Origin: Candidatus Rokuibacteriota bacterium
Lineage (GTDB): Bacteria > Methylomirabilota > Methylomirabilia > Rokubacteriales > CSP1-6
Assembly: GCA_003220595.1 (NCBI GenBank)
Contig: QHSZ01000086.1
Location: forward strand, 1 to 53,797
Length of the DNA stretch: 53,797 nucleotides
Reading direction: 5' to 3'
Made by a program: the position numbers and the translations under genes. The first letter of the stretch is position 1; each line of letters starts with the position of its first letter. The notes under the pieces are model-generated. The model made no database searches. It was given only the letters and a program-made list of their open reading frames with translations, and had not been told where the DNA came from. Shown here piece after piece: positions 19,310 through 28,899 of the stretch.

Positions 19310-20629
19310 ATGGATTCCGCGTTCGTCCTGGCGATCGCCCTCGCCGTCTTCCTCGTCGTCTTCATCAAGACGGAGATCGGCCTCTACCTCGTCGTCTTCT
19401 CCATGCTGCTCTCGCCCCAGTTCGGCGCGGGCGGCGCGCTCGCCGAGGGCCGGCGGTTCGTCATCCGGAGCGAGGACATCCTGTTGCTCGTGGTCGCGCT
19501 GAGCTGGCTCGCGAAGACTGCGGTCAACAAGGAGCTCGGCCTCACGCTCAAGACGCCGCTCAATCGGCCGATCCTCGCCTACCTCGCGACGACCGCGCTC
19601 GCGACGCTCGTCGGCTACGCGACGGGCACGGTCCAGGGCCTCGGCGGCTTCTTCTACGTCTTGAAGTACGTCGAGTACTTCATCGTCTACTTCATGGTCG
19701 TGAACAACCTGGGGGACCGGCCGCAGGTGTGGCGCCTCGTCACCGCGGCGTTCCTCACGGCGGTCATCGTCAGCCTGATCGGCGCCTCGCAGATCCCGTC
19801 GGGAGAGCGCGTGTCGGCGCCGTTCGAGGGCAAGGAGGGCGAGCCGAACACCCTGGGCGGCTATCTGCTCCTGATGATGGCGATCGCCGGCGGCATCGCG
19901 CTCGAGACCACGCGCATCCGCGTGCGCGCGGTGTGCCTCGGCCTGGTCGCGCTGATGGGGCTGCCCTTCGCCTATACGCTCTCGCGCGCCTCGTTCCTCG
20001 GCGTGCCGTTCGTGCTCGGGACGCTGGCCGCGTTCTCCACGCGCCGGAAGGTCGTCACCCTCGCGCTGCTGCTCGCGGTCGTCGCCTCGCCCCTGACGCT
20101 CACGCTCCTGCCCACGCCGGTCGTGAACCGGCTCCTCTACACGTTCCAGCCGGAGACGGGCCAGGCGACGGTGAAGCTGGGGCGCGTCGCCTTCGACCCG
20201 TCGACGTCCGCGCGGCTGATCAGCTTCCAGTCGGCGCTCGCGGGCTGGGCCAAGCACCCGTTCCTCGGCTACGGCGTGACGGGGTTCGCCTTCATGGACG
20301 CCCAGTACGCGCGGACCCTCGTCGAGACGGGGATCATCGGCCTCGGCGCGTTCCTCTGGCTCGCCTGGTCCGTGTTCCGGGGCGGCGTCGGCTCGATCCG
20401 CTCGCTCGCGGACGGCGACGAGCGGGGCCTGGCGCTCGGCTTCGTCGCGGGCCTCGTCGGGCTCCTCGTGCACGCGATCGGCGCGAACACCTTCATCATC
20501 GTGCGCATCATGGAGCCTTTCTGGTTCTTCGCCGCCGTGGTCATCGCGCTCCCGGTCCTCGCGGCGCAGGAGACGGCGGCGCCGGCGCGTCCGCTGCGTC
20601 CGGTGCGTCCCGCCCGGCGCGTCGCGTGA
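19310..20629 (+). CDS. O-antigen ligase/Wzy-like polymerase
   Basis: Multiple TMs; EPNTLG, TLSRAS, HPFLGYG, ETGIIG motifs. Confidence 0.82.
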   Translation: MDSAFVLAIALAVFLVVFIKTEIGLYLVVFSMLLSPQFGAGGALAEGRRFVIRSEDILLLVVALSWLAKTAVNKELGLTLKTPLNRPILAYLATTALATLVGYATGTVQGLGGFFYVLKYVEYFIVYFMVVNNLGDRPQVWRLVTAAFLTAVIVSLIGASQIPSGERVSAPFEGKEGEPNTLGGYLLLMMAIAGGIALETTRIRVRAVCLGLVALMGLPFAYTLSRASFLGVPFVLGTLAAFSTRRKVVTLALLLAVVASPLTLTLLPTPVVNRLLYTFQPETGQATVKLGRVAFDPSTSARLISFQSALAGWAKHPFLGYGVTGFAFMDAQYARTLVETGIIGLGAFLWLAWSVFRGGVGSIRSLADGDERGLALGFVAGLVGLLVHAIGANTFIIVRIMEPFWFFAAVVIALPVLAAQETAAPARPLRPVRPARRVA

Positions 20630-21174
20630 GGCTCGCCCGTCGCGTGCTGGCGCGGGCCCGCCGGGTCCGGCTTCTCGTGATGGACGTGGACGGGGTGCTG
20701 ACGGACGGCCGCATGATCCTCTCGGAGCGCGGTGACGAGCTGAAGGCCTTCCACACCCGCGACGGAGTCGCGGTGGCGCTCGCCAAGCGCGCGGGCCTGC
20801 GCACGGCGATCGTGACGGGCGAGTCGAGCCCGATCGCCAAGGCGCGCGGGGCGAAGCTCGGCGTGGACTCGGTCGTCCTGGGTGCCCGCCGGAAGGGCGA
20901 GACCGTGGAGGCGCTCATGACCGAGTTCGGCCTGGCCGCCGACGCGGTCGCGTACCTCGGCGACGACCTCCTCGACATCCCGGCGATGCAGCGCGTGGGC
21001 CTCGCCCTCGCCGTCAGAGACGCGGCGGCGGCGGTCGTGGCGGTTGCCCACGCCGTCACGCGCGCCGCGGGCGGGCAGGGGGCGGTCCGTGAGTGCGTGG
21101 AGCTGATTCTGAAGGCCCAGGGGTCCTGGCAGCGGACCCTTCGCGGTTACGTGAGCGAACACGGAGGTCGATGA
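20626..21174 (+). CDS. KdsC-family HAD phosphatase
   Basis: MDVDGVLTDG, KAFHTRDG, YLGDDLLD, GGQGAVRE. Confidence 0.88.
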   Translation: MRLARRVLARARRVRLLVMDVDGVLTDGRMILSERGDELKAFHTRDGVAVALAKRAGLRTAIVTGESSPIAKARGAKLGVDSVVLGARRKGETVEALMTEFGLAADAVAYLGDDLLDIPAMQRVGLALAVRDAAAAVVAVAHAVTRAAGGQGAVRECVELILKAQGSWQRTLRGYVSEHGGR

Positions 21175-22622
21175 CGCCGGCCGACGCACTCGGGCTCCGC
21201 GGCCGCACCCTTCGCAGCTTCATCGTCCTCGCGGCGCAGCGGGTCGCGAGCCTCCTCGTGATCGCCGCGGGCGGCATCGCCCTGGCCCGGCTCCTCACGC
21301 CCGCGGAGTTCGGGCTCTACGCGATCTTCTCGTTCGTGATCGGCCTCGGCGTCACCCTCTCCGACCTCGGCCTCGGCGCGGCGCTGGTCCAACGGCGCGA
21401 TCTCGACCCCAGCGTGACGCTCGGGACGACGTTCACACTGAACCTCGCCCTCGCGAGCGTGCTGGCCCTCGGCGTCGTGGGGCTCGCGCCCGTGGTGGCG
21501 CGCTGGCTCGACCCCGCCGCCGACGTGGCCGCGCCGCTTCGCTGCCTGGCGCTGCTGATCGTGCTCGCGTCCCTGCGGATGCCGGCGGCGGTTCTCCTCG
21601 AGCGGCGGCTCGCGTATCTGCCGCTCGCCATCGCCGAGACCGTGGACACGGTCGTCTTTTACACGCTCGCCGTCGCCGCCGCCCTAGCGGGCGCCGGGCT
21701 CTGGAGCTTCGTCCTCGGCGCGCTCGTCGCGCGTCTCGCCAACGTCGCGATCGTCTGGAGCGCCGCGCCCGCGCGGCTGCGCCTGGCCTGGAGACCGCGT
21801 GAGCTCGCCCCGGTCCTCCGGTTCGGCCTGCCGTTCCAGGGGAGCGCCCTGATCGGGATCGCCCGCGACGCGAGCATGCCCACCATCGTGACGGCGTGGA
21901 GCGGCGTTGCGGCGGTCGGCTTCCTCAACTGGGCGTCGACGCTCGCCTTCCAGCCGCTCCAGCTCGTGGCGATCGCGGGCAAGGTGCTCTTCCCGGCGCT
22001 CTCACGCGTCCAGGACGATCGCGAGCGGTTCGGCCTGGCCACGGAGCGCGCGCTCAACCGGATCGCCACCGTGCTCTATCCGGCGGCGCTCCTGCTGCTC
22101 GCGGGCGCCGATCCGATCGTGCGGCTCGTGTACGGGGAAGCCTGGGCGCCGGCGATCCCGGCGATGCGGCTCTTCTGCGTCACCACGCTCCTCGGCGGCA
22201 CCTCGACGATCCTGGTCCACGCGCTCTACGGTCTGGGCCGGGCCGACCTCGTCTTCCGCCTGAGCCTCGGGTGGGCGGCGCTCGTCTGGGGCCTCACGCT
22301 GGCGCTGGTCCCCTGGCTCGGCTTCCTCGGCTTCGCCGTCGCGAGCGTCGGCGTGTCGGTCACGAGCGTGGCCCCGCTGCTCGTGCTGCGCCGCTCGGTC
22401 CCGATCCGCTTCCTGCCGGCGGTCCGCGTCCCGCTCGCCGCCGCCCTCGTGAGCGCGCTCGCGCTCGGCGCGCTGTCCGAGGTGTGGATCCACGACCTCC
22501 TCTCACTGCTGATCGGCGGCGGCGTGTCGTTCGCGGCCTACGTCGGTCTCGTCCTGCTCCTGGGCGGTGCGGCGTGGCGCGTCGAGCTCGTCGCCGACTG
22601 GCGCACGGCGCTCCAGGGATGA
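21171..22622 (+). CDS. wzx: oligosaccharide flippase (Wzx family)
   Basis: LARLLTPAEFG, DLGLGAALVQ, many TMs. Confidence 0.88.
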   Translation: MTPADALGLRGRTLRSFIVLAAQRVASLLVIAAGGIALARLLTPAEFGLYAIFSFVIGLGVTLSDLGLGAALVQRRDLDPSVTLGTTFTLNLALASVLALGVVGLAPVVARWLDPAADVAAPLRCLALLIVLASLRMPAAVLLERRLAYLPLAIAETVDTVVFYTLAVAAALAGAGLWSFVLGALVARLANVAIVWSAAPARLRLAWRPRELAPVLRFGLPFQGSALIGIARDASMPTIVTAWSGVAAVGFLNWASTLAFQPLQLVAIAGKVLFPALSRVQDDRERFGLATERALNRIATVLYPAALLLLAGADPIVRLVYGEAWAPAIPAMRLFCVTTLLGGTSTILVHALYGLGRADLVFRLSLGWAALVWGLTLALVPWLGFLGFAVASVGVSVTSVAPLLVLRRSVPIRFLPAVRVPLAAALVSALALGALSEVWIHDLLSLLIGGGVSFAAYVGLVLLLGGAAWRVELVADWRTALQG

Positions 22623-23404
22623 TCCAGGGCTACCCGCCGGAGTTCTTCGAGGGACTGCGGAAGACCGCCCGGCGCTCGGCCGAGCGCGTCGTGCCGCTGG
22701 TGCTCGAGCTCGTCTCCCCATCGAGCGTCGTCGACGTCGGGTGCGGCGTGGGCAGCTGGCTCGCGGTGTTCAGAGAGCGGGGCGTGCGGACGATCCTCGG
22801 GATCGACGGTGAGTACGTGGATCGCGGACGCCTCGAGATCCCGCACGAGTGCTTCCGCGCGCGCGACGTCACGCGGCCGCTCGACGTGGTCGAGCGGTTC
22901 GACCTCGTCGTCACGCTCGAGGTCGCCGAGCACCTGCCGCCGGAAGCCGCCGACGCCTTCGTGGGGTCGGTGACGGAGCTCGGGCCGGTCGTGCTCTTCT
23001 CCGCGGCCGTGCCGGGCCAGGGGGGCTTCCGCCACCTGAACGAGCAGTGGCCGCCGTACTGGGTCGAACGATTCGAGCAGCGCGGGTTTGTCCCGATCGA
23101 CGCGCTCCGGGACGAGCTGTGGGAGACCACCGAGGTCGAATGGTGGTACGCGCAGAACGTCCTCTTCTTCTGCCGGCGCGACCAGCTCGACCGGCACGCC
23201 GCCTTGAAACAGAGGTGGCTGATGACGGACCGGCGCCGGCTGTCGGTCGTCCACCCGAAGCTCTACACCGAGAAGTGCCGACTGCTGTCCGAGCTGTCCG
23301 ACCCGAGGAACCTCTCGCTGCGAGCGTCGCTCCGCGCGCTCCCGGGGCAGACGGCGCGCGCGCTGCGTGACGGGATCCGACGGCTCCGGGGGATGACGCC
23401 GTGA
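22619..23404 (+). CDS. class I SAM-dependent methyltransferase
   Basis: VDVGCGVG, LEVAEHL, SAAVPGQGG..HLNEQ. Confidence 0.88.
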   Translation: MIQGYPPEFFEGLRKTARRSAERVVPLVLELVSPSSVVDVGCGVGSWLAVFRERGVRTILGIDGEYVDRGRLEIPHECFRARDVTRPLDVVERFDLVVTLEVAEHLPPEAADAFVGSVTELGPVVLFSAAVPGQGGFRHLNEQWPPYWVERFEQRGFVPIDALRDELWETTEVEWWYAQNVLFFCRRDQLDRHAALKQRWLMTDRRRLSVVHPKLYTEKCRLLSELSDPRNLSLRASLRALPGQTARALRDGIRRLRGMTP

Positions 23405-24267
23405 GTGGCGAGGTGTGGTCCCTGTGGGTCGACTGCCGGCTCTGCGGCTCGCGCGATCTCCGCGTGCTGTTCACCGCGACACGCTCGGGCCGCCAGGTGG
23501 TCCGCTGCCGCGGGTGCGGCCTCGTCTTCTACGATCCGCAGCCGTCGCCCGCCCAGGCCGCCGCGCTCTATTCGAGCGACTATTTCGCGCGCGAGTACCC
23601 CGCGGAGACCGAAGAGGGGCAGACCCGGCTGGCCCACCGCCGTCTCACGAGGATCGAGATGGAGGCCGGCGTCGGGAGTCTCCTCGACGCGGGGTGCGGC
23701 GCGGGCCGCTTCCTCGCGGTCGCGCGCACGCGCGGCTGGAAGGCGGCGGGACTCGACGTCTCGCCCTCCGCGGTGCAGCTCGCCGCCACGACCTCGGGAG
23801 CTCCGGTGTACGAGGGCGATCTCGGGCGGCCGCTGCCGCCGGGTCAGGCACCCGTGGACGTCGTCACGATGTGGGACACGCTCGAGCACCTCGCCAACCC
23901 CGTCGCGGCGCTCGCCGAGACGACGCGCTGGCTCCGGCCCGGCGGGCTCCTCGTGATCCAGACCCAGAACGCGAACAGCGTGACCGCTGCGTGGATGGGC
24001 CGTCGCTGGGAACAGTTCGTCGAGTTCCACCTCTATCACTTCTCGCCGTGGGCGCTGCGCCTGGCCCTGGAGCGCGCTGGGCTCGCGGCCGTGCGCATCG
24101 AGGACGCGGACCAGTTCGGGGACGCCGGCCGCGCCTCGCCGTCGCCCGCCCACGGGTTCCGCGCGGTGCTCGGCCGGCTTCGGGATCGGGCCTGGGTGCT
24201 GGCGGGACACGACGCGTTCAACGTCATGATCGCGACCGCGCGCCGCCCGGCGCGGGGGACCGCATGA
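23401..24267 (+). CDS. class I SAM-dependent methyltransferase with N-terminal Zn ribbon
   Basis: CRLC...CRGC, LDAGCGAG, WDTLEH, LRPGG. Confidence 0.88.
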   Translation: MSGEVWSLWVDCRLCGSRDLRVLFTATRSGRQVVRCRGCGLVFYDPQPSPAQAAALYSSDYFAREYPAETEEGQTRLAHRRLTRIEMEAGVGSLLDAGCGAGRFLAVARTRGWKAAGLDVSPSAVQLAATTSGAPVYEGDLGRPLPPGQAPVDVVTMWDTLEHLANPVAALAETTRWLRPGGLLVIQTQNANSVTAAWMGRRWEQFVEFHLYHFSPWALRLALERAGLAAVRIEDADQFGDAGRASPSPAHGFRAVLGRLRDRAWVLAGHDAFNVMIATARRPARGTA

Positions 24268-25163
24268 AGCCGGACCCGGGCCGGCCACGGTTCTCCGCCG
24301 TCGTCGTCGCGCGGAACGAGGAGCTCAACATCCGCCGCTGTCTCGAGCACCTCGCCTGGTGCCACGAGCGGATCGTCGTGGACATGACGAGCGAAGACCG
24401 CACGCGCGAGCTCGCCGGCCCGCTGGCGACCGCGATTCTCCCGCAGGCGTGGATTCCCCACATGGAGTTCGCGCGGAATCATGGAATTGACGCCGCCACC
24501 GGCGAGTGGGTCCTGATCGTGGACGCCGACGAGCTGATCCCCGCGAAGCTCGTGCGCCGCCTCGAGGAGCACGTCGCGGCGAGCCCCGCGACGGCCGGCG
24601 TCTGGATCCCACGGATGAACTACTTCTTCGGGCTGCCCGTGCCGCACGCCGGGGGCTTTCCCGACTACCAGCTGCGTCTCTTCAGGCGCGGCGCGGGCCG
24701 CTATCCGGACCAGCTGCACAGCGCGGCCGTCATCGACGGCCCCGTGGCGTACCTCCCGGTCGAGGACGGCGCGTGGATCGTCCACGACCGCCAGGGCACG
24801 ACCCTCACCGACGTCGTCCTCAAGTTCGACACCTACGCGGGCAAGGAGGCCCGGACCAGGCTCGCCGGGGGCCAACCGTTCGGCGGGCCGCGGACGGCGC
24901 TGTGGGCCGGGCTCTCCGCGTTCTGGTTCCGCTTCATCACCGCGCGGGGATATCGCGACGGCATGGCCGGGCTGCTCCTGAGCGTGCTGTTCGCGTTCTA
25001 CCGGTTCCTGGTCGAGGCCAAGGCGTGGGAGCTCTCCGGATTCGAGTCGCGCTGGGACCCCGACGCGCGGCGGCTCGGCTCGTTGAGGCATCTCGCCTGG
25101 GCGCTGACGACGGGAGGCGTCCGGCGGCTCCTCAGGCGGACGCGTCCGACGCGCTCGCCATGA
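24264..25163 (+). CDS. glycosyltransferase family 2 (WaaE/KdtX-like)
   Basis: VVVARNEE, ARNHG, LIVDADE, PDYQLRLF. Confidence 0.88.
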   Translation: MKPDPGRPRFSAVVVARNEELNIRRCLEHLAWCHERIVVDMTSEDRTRELAGPLATAILPQAWIPHMEFARNHGIDAATGEWVLIVDADELIPAKLVRRLEEHVAASPATAGVWIPRMNYFFGLPVPHAGGFPDYQLRLFRRGAGRYPDQLHSAAVIDGPVAYLPVEDGAWIVHDRQGTTLTDVVLKFDTYAGKEARTRLAGGQPFGGPRTALWAGLSAFWFRFITARGYRDGMAGLLLSVLFAFYRFLVEAKAWELSGFESRWDPDARRLGSLRHLAWALTTGGVRRLLRRTRPTRSP

Positions 25164-25924
25164 TGAGCCAGCTCGTCCGCTACGCGCCGGTCATCCCGCT
25201 CATCGAGGGAGGGCGCCCGCGGCATATCCTCGAGGTCGGGCCGGGCTCGGAGGGGCTCGCAAAGTTCCTCACGCGGCGCTTCGTCGGCGCCGAGACGGAC
25301 TTCTCGGACTACACGGGCGCCGCGCGGCGCCCGAGCGCCCAGATGCTCGCGGTGCGCGCCGACGGCGCGGCGCTGCCCTTCGCCGCGGACGCCTTCGACC
25401 TCGTGCTGATGATCGACGTCCTGGAGCACGTGGCGCCCGGCGCGCGCGCCGGGATCGTCCGCGAGTGCGTCCGGGTGGCGCGCGGCACGGTCGCCATCGG
25501 GTTTCCGGCCGGGGCCTCCGCCGAGGCGCACGACCGCGAGTACGACCGCTGGCTCAGGGCGCGCGGGCTCCCACGCCCGGGCTGGCTCGCCGAGCATCTC
25601 GCGCATCCGTTCCCCAGCACGGGCGAGGTCGCTCCCGCCCTCGACGGCGCGCGCTGGGCCGCCCTCGACAACGCCTGGCTGCCCGCCCACCGCGTCGTCA
25701 TGCGCTGGGAGGCGCGGGCTCGCGGCGCGCGCTACTCGGCGCTCCTCGCCGACCTCCTGGCCCCGACCGCCTGGGACTGGTGCTCACACCGCGCGCTCAC
25801 GAACGCGCTCCGTGTGATCGCGCGGCCGCTCCGGCCGCTGCTCAGGCTGCTCGACCGCCGGCCCGCGTACCGGACGGTGATCGTGGTCGAGAAGGCACGC
25901 GCGCGCGAGGCCCGGCCCTGCTGA
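25160..25924 (+). CDS. class I SAM-dependent methyltransferase
   Basis: LEVGPG, ADGAALPF...FDLV...DVLEH. Confidence 0.82.
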   Translation: MMSQLVRYAPVIPLIEGGRPRHILEVGPGSEGLAKFLTRRFVGAETDFSDYTGAARRPSAQMLAVRADGAALPFAADAFDLVLMIDVLEHVAPGARAGIVRECVRVARGTVAIGFPAGASAEAHDREYDRWLRARGLPRPGWLAEHLAHPFPSTGEVAPALDGARWAALDNAWLPAHRVVMRWEARARGARYSALLADLLAPTAWDWCSHRALTNALRVIARPLRPLLRLLDRRPAYRTVIVVEKARAREARPC

Positions 25925-26814
25925 GCGTCGGCGTCGTGATCCCGACGTACAATTCGGCGGCCACGGTGACGGCGGCGATCGAGAGCGCCCTCGCCCAGGA
26001 GCCGGCGCCCGCGCACGTCGTCGTCGTGGACGACGGCTCGACCGACGGGACCGCCGACGCGTTGCGGCCCTTCGCGGGGCGGATCACGGGCGTGACCCAG
26101 ACGAACCGGGGCCCGGCCGCGGCCCGCAACGTCGGCCTGGCCCGGCTCTCTACGGACGCCGTGGTGTTCCTCGACGCCGACGACCTTCTGCTCCCGGGCG
26201 CCCTCGCGTGCCGCGCCCGGCTCCTCGCCAGCGCCGACACGGTCTGGGCCCACACCGACGGCTGGCTCGAGGACCCGACCCTCGTGCGGCAACGCTTCTC
26301 CGCGTGCTACCCGCCGGTCGACGACCGGGTCGAGGGATGGATCTTCACCGGGCTCCTGCGCCGGAACTTCATCACGGCCGACGCCGTCATCGCGCGTCGT
26401 GACGTCGTCAGCGGGCTCGGCGGCTTCGACGAGACGATCCGCGGCACGGAGGACTGGGAGCTCTGGCTCCGTCTCGCCGTTCGTCACGCGGTGGCCCACA
26501 GCGCCGAGCCGACGTTCGTCTACCGGGCGCGCCCCCGGACGCTCTCGAGCGACCGCGCGCGCATGGACCGGATGCGATACCTGACGCTCGTGACGGCGCA
26601 CCGTTTGTTCCCCGCGGCCGTCCGTGAGGCCGGCGTGCCCGCCCGCCGCTCGGTCGCCGACGCGTACAACGGCCTCGGCGACGCGCTGGCGGCCGAGGGG
26701 CGCTGGCGCGAGGCCGCGGGATACTTCGCCGCGTCGCTCCGGCTCTGGCCGCTGCAGCGCGGCGCGTGGCTCAGGTGGCTCCGCGGCCGCGCCGCCGCCC
26801 CGTCGGGACCATGA
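25921..26814 (+). CDS. glycosyltransferase family 2 (start uncertain, possibly CTG)
   Basis: SVGVVIPTYN, VVDDGSTD, GPAAARN, FLDADD, EDWELW. Confidence 0.85.
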   Translation: MSVGVVIPTYNSAATVTAAIESALAQEPAPAHVVVVDDGSTDGTADALRPFAGRITGVTQTNRGPAAARNVGLARLSTDAVVFLDADDLLLPGALACRARLLASADTVWAHTDGWLEDPTLVRQRFSACYPPVDDRVEGWIFTGLLRRNFITADAVIARRDVVSGLGGFDETIRGTEDWELWLRLAVRHAVAHSAEPTFVYRARPRTLSSDRARMDRMRYLTLVTAHRLFPAAVREAGVPARRSVADAYNGLGDALAAEGRWREAAGYFAASLRLWPLQRGAWLRWLRGRAAAPSGP

Positions 26815-27749
26815 CCGAGATGGCGGTGGTCGTGGTGAGCTACAACACGCGCGAGCTGACGCTCGCGGCGCTCGCCTCGGCGCGGGTCGCGACGGACGGG
26901 CGCGACGCCGTCGTCGTCGCCGCGGACAACGGCTCGGGCGACGGCACGTGCGCGGCGGTGCGGGCCGCGTTCCCCGACGTCGTGCTGCTGGAGAACCCCG
27001 ACAACCCCGGCTATGGCCCTGCCATCAATCGGGCGGCGGCTCTCCACCCGGCCGTGTACCTCTGCGCGATGAACGCCGACGTGATGCTCGCGCCGGCGAG
27101 CCTCCAAACGCTGCGCGCCTACCTCGCGGGCCATCCGGAGTGCGCACTCGCCGGGCCTGCGCTCGCCTATCCCGACGGAACGCCGCAGCGGTCGTGCAAG
27201 CGCTTCCCCACGCTCGGTCAGGCACTGGGCGAGCTCCTCGGCGTCCACGCGCTCCTGCCGGAGAACCGCTGGGTGCGGAGGTTCTACTACGCGGACCGCG
27301 ACCTCTCGCGCGACACGCCGGTAGACTGCGTGTCGGGGGCGGTGATGCTGATCCGCGGCGACGCCTTCGCCCGCGTCGGTGGCTTCGACGAAGGCTTCAG
27401 GATGTACTTCGAGGAGACGGACCTCTGCCGGCGCTTCCGCGCCGCCGGGCTCGGCGTGGCCTTCTGCCCCGACGCGCGCGCCGTCCACCACCTCGGCGCG
27501 AGCACGCGAGAAACGTCGGCGCGGCAGGTCGAGTACTACCTGAGCTACGTCCGCTACTTCCGCAAGCACCACGGCCGCGCGGCCCGGGCCGCGCTCACCC
27601 TGGCCGTCGTGCTCGGCACGCTCGGCCGGATGGCGGGCCTGCCCGTGCGCTATCCGCCGCTCGACCGGCGGCGCGCGGCCCTGCTCCGCGCCAAAGAGGG
27701 CGCGTGCGCGCGGCTCCTGCGCGCCCTCGGGCCGTCGGCGGCGGTGTAG
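26811..27749 (+). CDS. glycosyltransferase family 2 (WbbL-like)
   Basis: VVVVSYN, DNGSGD, NPGYG, MNAD, GGFDEGFRMYFEETD. Confidence 0.88.
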   Translation: MTEMAVVVVSYNTRELTLAALASARVATDGRDAVVVAADNGSGDGTCAAVRAAFPDVVLLENPDNPGYGPAINRAAALHPAVYLCAMNADVMLAPASLQTLRAYLAGHPECALAGPALAYPDGTPQRSCKRFPTLGQALGELLGVHALLPENRWVRRFYYADRDLSRDTPVDCVSGAVMLIRGDAFARVGGFDEGFRMYFEETDLCRRFRAAGLGVAFCPDARAVHHLGASTRETSARQVEYYLSYVRYFRKHHGRAARAALTLAVVLGTLGRMAGLPVRYPPLDRRRAALLRAKEGACARLLRALGPSAAV

Positions 27750-27765
27750 GGATCGAGCGGCCGCC

Positions 27766-28899
27766 GTGAAGGTCGCCATCGTCGAGACGGGGGGCTGGGG
27801 CGGCATCGCGCACTATGCCTTCAATCTCTGCAACGCGCTCAGTGAGTGCGGCGCCGAGCCGTGGCTGCTCACGAACGTCCGGTACGAGCTCGGCGAGCTC
27901 CCGCGCGCGTTCCGCGTGGAGCGATGCTTCGACGGGCGCCACGGGTACCCGCGCGCCGCCGGCCGGCTCCTCAGGCACCTCGCCGCGCTGGGCCCCGACG
28001 TCGTCCACGTCCAGAGCCTCCTCTCGACGCGCTTCGACGGGTGGCTCTGGCCGCTCGTCCGGCGGCGCCGACCGCTCGTCGGCACGGTCCACAACGTGCG
28101 GAGCCACGAGAACGTGCGCTGGGAGGACTGGACGTGGTGGCGCGTGCTGCGCGCCGCCGACGCGGTCGTCGTCCACACGCAGGAGGCGGCCGCGCTCGCG
28201 GCGCGACGGCTCGGCCCCGCGGCGCGGATCAAGGTCATCCACCACGGGGACTATGGGTTCTTCGCGCCCGGCGGCGGCGTCGATCGCGCGCGCGCGCGCC
28301 GTCGCCTCGGCCTCGCGGCGGGTGGCCGTCTCGTCCTGGCGTTCGGCGCGATCCGACCGTACAAGGGCATCCTCGAGCTGATCGGCGCGTGGGCGGCGGT
28401 GCGTGCGCGTCATCCCGACGCCAGCCTCGTGATCGTGGGGCCGCTCCTGGTTGGCAGCGAAGCCGCGTATCATCGGGCGATCGAGGGCGCCGGCGTGGCC
28501 GACGCCGTGACGTTCCGTCCGACCTACGTGCCCCACGCGGAGGTCGCCCTCTACTTCGGAGCGGCCGACGTCGCCGTGTATAACTATCGTGAGGTGACGG
28601 ACAGCGGGTCGCTCCGCATCGCCTGCAGCCTCGGGACGCCTGTCGTGGCGACCGCGGTGGGCGCGTTCCGCGAGTTCCTGACGGACGGCGTGAGCGCCAG
28701 GCTCGTGCCTCCCGGCGACGCGGCGGCGCTCGCCGCGGCGCTCGGCGGGGTCCTCGAGGATCCCGCGGGCGCGGCCCGCATGGCGGCCGCGGCGCGCGAC
28801 CTCGTGACGGCCCGCTGGTCGTGGGCCGTCAGCGCTCAGGCGACCCTCGAGCTGTACCGGACGGTGGTCCGTGAGCGCGCCGGAGATCGGACCGGGTGA
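27766..28899 (+). CDS. glycosyltransferase family 4
   Basis: GGIAHY, FGAIRPYKG, GTPVVATAVG. Confidence 0.88.
   Translation: MKVAIVETGGWGGIAHYAFNLCNALSECGAEPWLLTNVRYELGELPRAFRVERCFDGRHGYPRAAGRLLRHLAALGPDVVHVQSLLSTRFDGWLWPLVRRRRPLVGTVHNVRSHENVRWEDWTWWRVLRAADAVVVHTQEAAALAARRLGPAARIKVIHHGDYGFFAPGGGVDRARARRRLGLAAGGRLVLAFGAIRPYKGILELIGAWAAVRARHPDASLVIVGPLLVGSEAAYHRAIEGAGVADAVTFRPTYVPHAEVALYFGAADVAVYNYREVTDSGSLRIACSLGTPVVATAVGAFREFLTDGVSARLVPPGDAAALAAALGGVLEDPAGAARMAAAARDLVTARWSWAVSAQATLELYRTVVRERAGDRTG

Noticed and set aside
20626-21174. Kdo/sialic acid biosynthesis pathway in the cluster
   Set aside because: Only the KdsC-like phosphatase is present; no synthase or CMP-transferase is recognisable in the window.
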